Source of the DNA: Octopus vulgaris
Lineage: Eukaryota
Assembly: GCA_951406725.2 (NCBI GenBank)
Contig: OX597815.1
Location: 67,394,001-67,458,000, forward strand
Direction of reading: 5' to 3'
Length of the DNA stretch: 64,000 nt
Under the pieces are notes generated by a model. The model was not told the DNA's origin. It worked only from the letters and a program-made list of their open reading frames with translations, and ran no database searches. The translations under genes were made by a program, and so were the position numbers. Positions 53,722 to 64,000 of this stretch are shown here, piece after piece. Numbering within the stretch: position 1 is the first letter of the stretch; every line of letters starts with the position of its first letter.

Positions 53722-54092
53722 TTCGAGGGAGTGCTGAAAAGTTCCTGACTTTAAGGGTATCACGAAAGGCCTAGGTTCAAACATTCGAGTTCTTTTACAG
53801 AGCTTAGTAAAACTCTTTTCTTTATTCACCATATTGAGGTTTAAATGAAGAGAGGATGAAACAAGGACAGACAAAAGGTCGGGGATCGAATGAGAGTAAC
53901 AGAGTGAAGGATGAACGTTAACAATTACAAAAAAATAATGATGAAATAAACGGATGGTTAGCAAAAGTGAAGCGGAGGACGTGGTTGACACCCACAAACC
54001 ACATTCTCACACTGAAGACCTTATAGAGATGACTAAAACTGATGGACTGCTGCAATGTGTGTGTATCTGAGGGGAAATATGTTGAATCTAAG
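53722..54092 (+). mobile_element. Second copy of the mariner MITE (right TIR lost), interrupted by a 219-bp insert at 53815-54033
   Basis: cgagggagtgctgaaaagttcctgacttt TIR; collinear with the reverse complement of 28874-29094; TAAAACT duplicated at 53808-53814 and 54034-54040. Confidence 0.85.
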
Positions 54093-54326
54093 AGGAAGTT
54101 TATGGACATATTCCACCCGTCATAGGTTTTGCTGGCTACTGCAATTGTGATGAACAACAGGCCACATCAGATGTATTTTGGAAACATTCGCGCCCTAATA
54201 AAGAATGAAAATCAAAAATTCATAGTTTATAGAAGCAGTCACAGATAACATGGGATCAACCAAAGCTAATGGGGAGCAGGGATTTCTGGTGGAGCAATGC
54301 GAATGTATTTCGGTTGCAATCATCTA

Positions 54327-54422
<96 letters not shown>

Positions 54423-54502
54423 CCCAAATATATTATATAATATATGTACTATGATAAATAATACATATCAAATTATATAATATGATATAATTCAATATAT
54501 GA

Positions 54503-54819
54503 TTTAACTATAATGAGCGTTAGGTCTGTCTTTCTGTTCCCTCTTCATGGTCAAACGGCTGGATCAATAACCACGATGTTTTTCGGGATTACGAAAGAGG
54601 TAGTCAGGAAGATTTTTAGCGAAAGAAATGTTAAAAAGTATGATTATTAAGTGGATATTGAGTTTTGTATTAATAAATCACCTTTGTTTCTTCTTTTGTT
54701 AAAATTACGGCGACACGGATTAAATCTGGATCCCTCCCCACGTACAGTTCGTGAATTTAGAGGGTTTATATTTGAGATACTATCCCTTTATTTCCCATCG
54801 AAGATGGGCAGATTTGCTA
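54503..54819 (+). mobile_element. Short non-autonomous Helitron (Lep1-like architecture)
   Basis: 5' actataat..(gtct)n..ttcatggtcaaacggctgga; 3' hairpin CCCATC-gaa-GATGGG then gatttgCTA. Confidence 0.8.
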
Positions 54820-55956
54820 TCTTACTATAATAGGCGTTATGTCCATCCGTCCATCTGTCCGTCTCTTTGTCTGTTCCTTCTTCACGGCCAGACGGCTGGA
54901 CCAACGGTTATGATATTTTTCGGAATCACAAAGACGGTCGTTCGGAAAGTTTTTCAGCATTAAAAGTTCAGAAAGTATGATTATTTCGTGGATATCGATT
55001 TTTGAATTGATAAATCCCCTTCGCATTTTTATTAAAAATTCACCGGCCACGAGTAACTCTGAATTTTTATTGTGGCCCCATCGTAGATACGAAGGGGGTT
55101 GCGAAGACGCTTAATAGCGAAAATAAAACAGAAAAAAGTGTATCAGTATATAGTGTGTGTGATTATTTAGTGATTATTGAAGTGTGTCAGTCTCGAGCAG
55201 GATTCGAAACGGCTAATCGAAGCGGCTGTTGTTTACATCTCAGTTTTGTCAATCAAAATAACCCATGGTACCAGAATATCCAGACATTATTCGCATAGAA
55301 CAGTGAAAAGTACGTTTGACTTTTTGTAACCCTAAAGATTCCGCTCGCGCATTCACAGCGAACAAGTCACGGGGCCAGACTTTAGTGTGGGTGTATTTTT
55401 ACCCACTGCGATGTTTACACACGGCCAATTAAACGTCGCTATGTGTAGAGCAACAAACTCCAGTAATTTGAAAATTAGTGTCGACCAAACAGAATATATC
55501 GTTTTCAAAGAAATTTTGTAATCGTATTGATATTATAGAAAGGAATATGATTCATAATTCAAATAAGGAAATTTGTGAACTTTGAATGTATAAGAGTATA
55601 AACAAGCGTAAAATAGTGTAAACAATTAAAATAAAAGTATAACTAAATTACATGTTTTTCTTAATACTTTTTTATGTAGTGGTCGAAGGAAGCTCTGGCT
55701 TTCGTTAGGAGTAGTCCACATAACCATTCATGATACAGAGGCTGAGAGCCTATTTCATTTCGGAAGTGAATTGTTATCACGTCACTTAGTCGTAAACACA
55801 TGTCATTCAGCTAACATATCACCAACAGTAATGTGATTTCTCTAAGATATCACCCAGTAATCTATCAAGTCCATTTACACATTTCTCAATACATACTACT
55901 ATTATGACTTCCCTCCCTCATTTTATGCCTCCATCGTAGATGGGTAGATTTGCTAG
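54820..55956 (+). mobile_element. Internally deleted Helitron
   Basis: 5' TC, 3' hairpin CCATC-gta-GATGG then CTAG, between A and T with no TSD; first ~230 bp are homologous to the preceding unit; contains a helicase remnant. Confidence 0.9.
55340..55521 (+). pseudogene. Helitron RepHel Pif1-helicase C-terminal remnant
   Basis: AFTANKSRGQTL / VGVFLPTAMFTHGQLNVAMCRATNSSNLKI..TEYIVFKEIL* (one frameshift) matches TINKSQGQTL..FSHGQLYVALSR..NIVYKEVL. Confidence 0.88.
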
Positions 55957-56515
55957 TATATTATAGTGTTATATATATATGTATGGAAATTTTGAAATCT
56001 AGCATCACTATATAAGATTTATTTTTATTTTTCTCCCGTTATTTATTTTTGTAATATAAGTCATCGCAATGATCACGACGACAGCCATAATGTTGTCTTC
56101 GTCTCCGACATCAACAATACCCACAACCAGCATCACAACAACAAAAACGACGACAACAACAACCAGGATGAAAGTTGTGATGATTCTAACAAGTAAGAGA
56201 TTTTTCATCGAGTTTCGAATGATAAACAAATATGGTATTCGCTATTCGCCTAAGGGATGCTTTCGTTGAAAGACATAAATAAAATATTACTTGATATTAC
56301 TCTTACATAGGTGCAAATCTCCCCCCCTCTCTCTCTCTCTTTCACTCTCCGTATGTATGTATGTATGTATGTATGTATGTATGTATGTATGTATGTACGT
56401 ACGTACGCACGTACGTATGTATGTATGTATGTATGTATGTATGCATGTATTTACGTATGTATGTATGTATGTATGTATGTATGCATGCATACCGATATAG
56501 ATATATGTATGTGTT

Positions 56516-56546
<31 letters not shown>

Positions 56547-57016
56547 GCATACACATGCGTATACATATCCACATACAAACGCTCATACACACAAGCGCGC
56601 GCGTCAACATACACATGCACACACACATATATGAAGAAAGAGAGAGAGGAAGATAGAGGTAGGGAAAAATAAAGGGAGAAAGAGAGAGAGAGAATAAAGG
56701 CCTAGTGAGGTGTTAATTGGTTTAAAGTGGAGGTGGTGGCGATGATGAATCAATAGCTTATATATTAAGAGATTTGGAGATTTGATAGCTGGCTATTAAA
56801 GACTGAGGAAATCTGAAAAAGAGTTTAGTGACTATTATTTCGTGATTAATTTGATTGGTGAGGAAGTTAATTAAGTTGGGTAACCATGATGAAATCGAGA
56901 ATGGAAAAAAGTATGTAAAAGTGTAAGGTTTTTAACTGAAAGTGAAACTGGGAATTAAGGAGACGCTTTCGACGTGATTGTTGCGTTGTGTGTGCGTGTA
57001 TGTATGTGTGTATGTA

Positions 57017-57190
57017 TGTCATTGTTCAGTTTTATTTCAAGATTTCTATCCAATAGAGAAAGAGCCTGTTTCTAACCTAGGCTCAAGGCTCCTTCATGTA
57101 TGTATGTATGTATGTATGTATGTATGTATGTATGTATGTATGTATGTATGTATGTATGTATGTATGTATGCATGCATGTATGTATGTATA
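57017..57190 (-). mobile_element. Family D repeat, copy 3, flanked by (TATG)n
   Basis: 57017-57097 is the reverse complement of about 320-400. Confidence 0.75.
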
Positions 57191-58224
57191 TATAATTAAT
57201 CCAAAAAAAGACGAAGAAAAAAAAGAAAAAGAACACCAACGCAAGGACGTGGTCTCCGTTTCTCTAGTCCTTCTGACTTTGACTCTCCTCCCACGGCCAC
57301 GTGACCAGTCATGATGTAAGGCAGTGTCATCCATTTTCACGTTGCTTTTGGCCGAACTGGTCACTCTTCTCTGCGTTCCTCGCTCTGCCTTCCTCGCTCT
57401 GCCTTTCTCTTGTGTTTAGTCCTTTAGGACATTTTTCATTTCTCCTTTGTGTTGCTCCACATTTGTCTATGCTAGCCCACCACTTTTTCGTTGTATATGT
57501 ATTATTATTATTTCTTTGTTGTCTTCGCCTAGCCCTAAAGGTATATTCTATTTATTTCCTTTGTTTTTGTCCCTCGTCCGTTCACTAAGTCTCGTTTAGA
57601 ATTACTTTTATCCATTTTCGTTTGTCCATTTCAGTATTTCTTGATCATCCGTGTTTGTCCGTCTCGTTTTGTTTTGTTATGTTTTGGTCGCATTCTCAGG
57701 AAGTATTCTTGCTGGTTGCTTCCAGAGGAGAAACGAAATTGTCGATAGTGGCACGAAATTGCGCTCGACACCCTCGCCGTTAACTGATGAGGAGTTGGTG
57801 CCCTTCTGTGTTTGTCCTCCCTTCATCTATGAATTTAGTAATGTGTTTCAACTTGACTATCAGTGTCTTTTTTTCGTTCGTTTGTTTAATACTGTACGTT
57901 GCTTATTACTATTACAAGGAATCGATTTGTATTGACGAGCGAGCTATTTCATGTTTCCATCATTTATACTTCTTCTGCAGAGGGAGAGAGAGAGAAAGAG
58001 AGAGAGAAAGAGAGTAAGAGGAGAGACATGCAAACAAACAGATAGATAGACAAGCAGAAAGACAGCAAGAGGGTAGAAAGAAAGATAAAGAGAAAGATAG
58101 ATAGACAGATAGACAGATAAATAAATAGATAGATAGACAGATATACAGATAGAGAAAGCAAGAGAGAGAAATGAGAAAGTGAAAGAGACAGAGAACGAAA
58201 GAACACCACATTTACAGAAAAGTA

Positions 58225-58800
58225 GCTTTCAACAAGGTCTGAAATTTGGGAAGAGGTGGCTGGTCGATTACATCGGCCCCAGTGTTCGACAGGTATTTAT
58301 TTTATCGACCCCGAAAGGATGAAAGGAAAAGTTGACCTCGGCCGAATTTGAACTCAGAACGTAAAAACGGACGAAATGCCGCTAAGCATTTTCCCCGGCG
58401 TGCTAACGATTTTACCAAATAATAATCCTTTCTATTATAGGAAAAAGACTTGAAATTTTGGGAAGGAGACTAGCCGTTTACATCGATTCTAGTACTCTAC
58501 TGATACTTAATTCATGGACCCCGAAAGGATGAGAGGCAAAGTTGACCTTGGCGGAAATTGAACCCCGAACCTAAAGAACCTAAAATGCTGCTAAGCATAA
58601 GCATTTTGTCCTGTGTGCTAATCAGTCAAAGACCGGCAATTTAGAGAGGAAGGCGGCTAGAAATTTCCATCGATTTCAGTAATTGACATTTTATGTTATC
58701 GGCTCCCGGTGGGGGAAATGAAAACTCACCTTGATAGCATTTGAACTCAGAGCGTAAAAAGTCGGAACAAGTATTGACGTCCATTTTATCCAGTGCTCTT
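58225..58800 (-). mobile_element. Three tandem SINE family 3 copies of increasing divergence
   Basis: Three cgaccccgaaaggatg..ttgacct..tgaac cores. Confidence 0.85.
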
Positions 58801-59369
58801 TCTCGCTGTCCCTACATATATTATTACGTAAATCCTATATAAATACACACACACGCACGCACACGGACGCACACACACACAAACACACTCACACACATAA
58901 TATAATATACATATATATATAGAAAGAGGAAAAGAGTGACAGTTAGAGAGAGAGGAAGTAAGAAAAAAGAGAGAAAAGTAAGTATATCATTTATTGTCCA
59001 CGTCTTCTATCTCGACATATTTACACATATTTCTGTAACTATCGTGTTTCGAAGTTATTGGCTTAATGTTACAGCTATTTACTATCTCATGCGCCAGATA
59101 TTACAGTTTGTTATTAAGTTTTCCTTTTTGAAGATGGCACGACTTTTAAGACCCCTAATAATGAATATGTCATTATTGAATCCTTGTACTATTACGGTAT
59201 TAGTCCGTGGATTTGTTCATAAAACCTCACATATATATATATATATATATGCATGCACACACACACACGTACATACATACATACATTGATACATACATAC
59301 ATACATACATACATACATACATACATACATACATACATGCATACATATATATATATATATGCATGCATG

Positions 59370-59470
<101 letters not shown>

Positions 59471-60061
59471 TATATACATAGTTACACACACAGTTTCATA
59501 TATAGGCTTTATATATAAAGTCTACTATGTGTGCGTGTGTGATTCTCAACACAAGAGCTGATTCACTGAAAATACAAAGCAACTATAGTTTCGTACGATC
59601 TAGTGGAATGGATAGGTTAAATGTGTGAATGTTTGACAGAAAAGAAACGAGTGCTGTGGGATGGGAGTTGTAATATACTTTATCTCATTGGGATGGGATT
59701 AGCGATTATATTCATATACATGGTTACTTACATACATACATACACACACATAAACGCATGCACACACACACACACACACATATATAGGTTGGTAAATAGA
59801 TATAGATAGACAAATGGATATCGATGCATACATATATACAAACATACTTACCTACCTACCTACCTACCTACCTACCTACCTACCTATATACATACATACA
59901 TACATACATACATACATACATACATACATACATACATACATACATACATACATACATACATACATACATACATACATACATACATACTTACATACATATA
60001 TTCCTTTATTCTTTTATTCCTTTTTATATCTTTCAGTCCTAAGGCTGTAACCATGCCGGTG

Positions 60062-60650
60062 CTTCATAATTTTCATCACTTTTTCAATGCTCAGTCGCAT
60101 GGGTTTGGCTTTTGATGAATATGGGTGTTTGATATTGATATTGAACCTTTGGCGACGATATCATTCTTTAGCTGTTCATTTACTCAGGTATACCTTATTT
60201 TTGTAATTTTGTATTTACGTAGTATTTTCTCCTTTTCTTGTAAGTTAGTAGTGTTGATTGACTACTAGTTTCATTAAAGATTGACAGATCCTTTCTTTTA
60301 TTTTCTATTTTTTCTGGATATTATTTATGCACAGGGTTTGTTTGGGTGGTGAAACCTCAATTTGATGGGGGGTCAGGGGGTATCCAGTTACTTTTGTGAC
60401 CACAGAGGCTGCTGCATATATTTTATCATTTAACTAGTTAAATCGACATTTGTTTCTGTGGCTATTTGTTCTGTGGCGGCCAGGTTCATGTTATTTATTA
60501 TTAATGTTGTTTTATTATCAATTTAATTGTTGGGAGGTGCAATCGATGGTGCATACTGAAATCTGTGGCTTTTAATTCTTTGATAATACTCATTCTTAGA
60601 GTATCATAATCATTAATTTCGCCTCCACTATTTCCAGGTTTTAGATTTGC
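60062..60650 (-). mobile_element. R4/Dong pre-RT (N-terminal) ORF fragment
   Basis: IYAAASVVTKVTG..INNIQKKIENKRKDLSI resembles the region upstream of the RT in R4/Dong ORFs. Confidence 0.55.
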
Positions 60651-60706
60651 TTTGTATTCCCCCCGTTCATATTTTTGTCTGTGGTGTTCTGGTTTGGTGC
60701 AATTTG

Positions 60707-60786
<80 letters not shown>

Positions 60787-60851
60787 CATCATCATCATCA
60801 TCGTCACCATCATCATCATCATCATCATTATTATTATTATCATCATCATCA

Positions 60852-60954
<103 letters not shown>

Positions 60955-60982
60955 CATTATTATTATTATAATTATTATTATA

Positions 60983-61812
60983 TGAAAACTCAGCTTATTT
61001 TCCTGGGCATGATGGAAAGTGTCAGCTGTCAACAGCCAGCAGACTAAGGTTACTCTTGTTTACTGGTCATGCTTCATGAATCTTGCGAAGAATTCTTGCA
61101 GTTCCAAGCAATGATGATTTTTGTAGGTGTTCTATCGTTATAGTTGTACCAATCTTTTTAAGACATGTTAGTAGTTCAGTGCTGATACTTCCAAGTGCAC
61201 CACTCACTATTGGTATGATGTCTACTCTCCTCGTTGACCACAACATTCGTATTTTCCACATCATATTGTCGTAGTTGTCCAGTTTTTCTTTTCCTTTCTC
61301 TTTGATCTTGCCACTGGGACACGCTATGTCGATTATCATGCATGTTCTTATTTTCCCCCAGAACTATGTCCAGTTTCCGATGTCTGGCCTGGTGATCGCA
61401 CTGAATCATTACATCTCACAAGATTTTACGATTTTCCTTCTCAGTGTCTCCTTCTAAGGTTTGCTCATACCACGTCTTTGTTCTTTGTAATAATAATAAT
61501 GTGATTGCCCCAGAGCTCCCAATGGATCATTCTTATCACATTGTCATGTCGTCTATTGTATTTGCGTTGTGTCGATTTCGGGCATTCGCTAACGATGTGC
61601 CATACCGTTTCACCCCTCTCACCACGCATTCTGTATCTGTCGCTGTCAGTAGTGTTGTCGATTCTGCACTTCACATAGTTAATCCTTAACGTTTTTTCTT
61701 GAGGTGCGCGTAAGTGCTTCTTTCTCTATCTTCAGGTCACTCCTCCTCACCCATAGCCACGGGTCTTCTGCATCTGTCTTGGCGTTCGTATCTCTTACAA
61801 ACTGAACGTACA
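60983..61812 (-). mobile_element. R4/Dong RLE 3' fragment (cluster 2)
   Basis: WLWVRRSDLKIE, GETVWHIVSECP..YNRRHDNV..IHW, IIDIACP..EKLDNY..IPIVSGALG..LQKSSLLGTARILRK. Confidence 0.92.
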
Positions 61813-61829
61813 CTATTATTATTTTTTTT

Positions 61830-62358
61830 TTAATCTGCTTGTTTGTTACAGTCACTTGCCGAGACACACTCAGCATCTTGGGGCGGGTGAAGGATAAGAG
61901 ATGTTACTGTATGTCTGAAAGCTTGGGGAGGGGAGGTAGTGAAATATCTTCATGTTATACAACAGACATTTAAATGGATAGGGTTTTTCTAAGGATATGG
62001 GCAGTATTTGTCAGAAGATTTTTTTTGATTTCTCTGAGATATGGTTCTCCTGGGATCTTATCTAGATGTTTCTGATATCCCTTTTTTTTTATCATACTTA
62101 GGGCACCTACAATAACAGGAAAGGTTCTCGTTTTAAGATGTCACATCTTTTGTATTTCATGCTTATATTTATTTAGTTTGTCAAATTCCTTGACAGATAT
62201 ATTTTTATCAGAGGGAACATTTACAAGTTTTTTCTTCTTTGTCTTTAATAGTTATGGCTGGTTGATTAATCTTGATCGTTCTGTCAGTGTTGACTGCAAA
62301 ATCCCAGAGGATAGTGACATTTTTAGCTTCAGCGACTGGCTCAGGATAATGTTCATTA
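61830..62358 (-). mobile_element. R4/Dong RLE 3' fragment (cluster 2)
   Basis: EHYPEPVAEAKNVTILWDFAVNTDRTIKINQP..LTNTAHILRKTLSI*. Confidence 0.88.
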
Positions 62359-62486
<128 letters not shown>

Positions 62487-62699
62487 GGGTGGCGAGCAGA
62501 AGGAATCGTTTGCACACCGGGCGAAATGCTCAGCGACATTTCGTCCATCCTGACGTTATGGGTTCAAATGCCGTCGTTGTCGACTTTGCCTTTCATCCTT
62601 TCGGGGTTGATAAAGTAAGTACCCGTGGAGAACTGGGGTCGATATAATTAACTTACGCCCTTCCCTAGAATTACTAGTCTTGTGCCAAAATTTGAAACC

Positions 62700-62700
<1 letters not shown>
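62487..62700 (+). mobile_element. SINE family 3 monomer within (TTA)n
   Basis: Family-3 core; (TTA)n on both sides. Confidence 0.88.
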
Positions 62701-62785
<85 letters not shown>

Positions 62786-63166
62786 CATCATCATCATCAT
62801 CATCATCGTCATCATTATCTTCTTCCTCCTCAATATTACTATCTACCATTAAGAATTTCAGCCAACTCAATGGTTCCACAGTGAGCTCAAAGACTGTTCT
62901 GCTTTAACAGTTCACATAATGAAACGCTGGCCATTGAAAGGGATAAAAGTAAAAAGAAAAACCTAAAGTAAAAAGAATAAAAATCAAATTTGGTGGCCAT
63001 TAAAATATGGCATTTCGACAAATGGTTCTTTGATTTATTTTCTTGGTATTTTCTCTTTTGGCTTGGTTTGGTAAATTGCCAGATTATCGAATAAGATTGT
63101 CCTGGACAATTGTATTAAGACAAATTGTGCAATTCAGAACGACAACAATAACAACAACAACAACAA

Positions 63167-63198
<32 letters not shown>

Positions 63199-63230
63199 AT
63201 AATAATGATAATAATAACAATAATAATAAC

Positions 63231-63276
<46 letters not shown>

Positions 63277-64000
63277 TATATGACAGAGTGTTTTATCATA
63301 AAATATTTCTGAGAATGGAGAATAATCCTTATAAACTATTAAATATGGTTTTCCTTTCGAATTAAGATTTTTTTTTTTTACAAAATGTAATGGATTGTTG
63401 CTATCTTTAGTCAGAAATTTGGCTCAACCTGATAAAAAAATTCATCAATGTGCATCAACTTCAATCTTCAGTTGAAGGAATGTGTAGAAATGAATCGATT
63501 AATTATACATCAATAATATTCCATGGTATAGAGACAAAATGGCCGAATGGAGATCTAACTGGATTAGCTGCTCATAAAAATGATCGATCAAATCCACTGT
63601 AAAACAATTTTCTCGTGACTACGAGAAGCAAATTAAGTTTTACATACCTCATTTTAGCTTTCTTTTTGGAAAAAGTAGCAGATATTCTTAAAATGTTCTA
63701 TTCCATCCAAGAGACTTGATATTAACACCTCTAAACCATAATTAAGCATCGATAATTTGAGGTTTTAGATATGATTCATAATTTGATCGTACTCTACAGC
63801 TGTTTAGATGAAATATAAACATCCTCATGCATATAATAACGAAATTAACTTGCATAAGTTATGCTTTTCTGCAGTTTATTATTCTAAATATGTTGCATTT
63901 AACTATCGTTTTAGCTAATTCTGTATATACATGCAAGTTTATTCCATCAATATTTTGTTGCATTCTAATGTGATCTCTTAAATACCCTTGATATACTACA

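Noticed and set aside
57230-57900. Pyrimidine-rich block with CAGAGGA-GAAAC-GAAA and CTGATGA, and a minus-strand PKGLN peptide, suggesting a PLE end
   Set aside because: HHR stems could not be closed convincingly and the PxGLN spacing does not fit a GIY-YIG C-terminus; may still be a decayed pseudo-LTR

Overview
AT-rich animal (metazoan) non-coding DNA that is extremely rich in microsatellites. The repeat landscape resembles an octopus/coleoid cephalopod, which is an inference from repeat style only. I see no intact host protein-coding gene, true tRNA/rRNA gene or CRISPR array, and nearly all ORFs in the supplied track are microsatellite translations. The window is a mosaic of decayed mobile elements: one full-length mariner (454-1726), mariner-derived MITEs, a tandem pair of non-autonomous Helitrons (one retaining a Pif1-helicase C-terminal remnant), eight or more R4/Dong-type RLE non-LTR fragments sitting in (TAA)n tracts, CR1 and RTE fragments, and many copies of three tRNA-derived SINE families. 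The most striking signal is a set of type I hammerhead-ribozyme (HHR) folds with short palindromic stem III, of the kind associated with Penelope-like elements and retrozymes, in at least five unrelated repeat families. One near-canonical HHR (24296-24341) is fused to a tRNA-like Pol III head. One family has CUGUNGA (A6U) in all three copies. Others have CCGANGA (U4C), including the two arms of a 1.2-kb inverted repeat. All alignments and folds were done by eye; boundaries are approximate unless stated.
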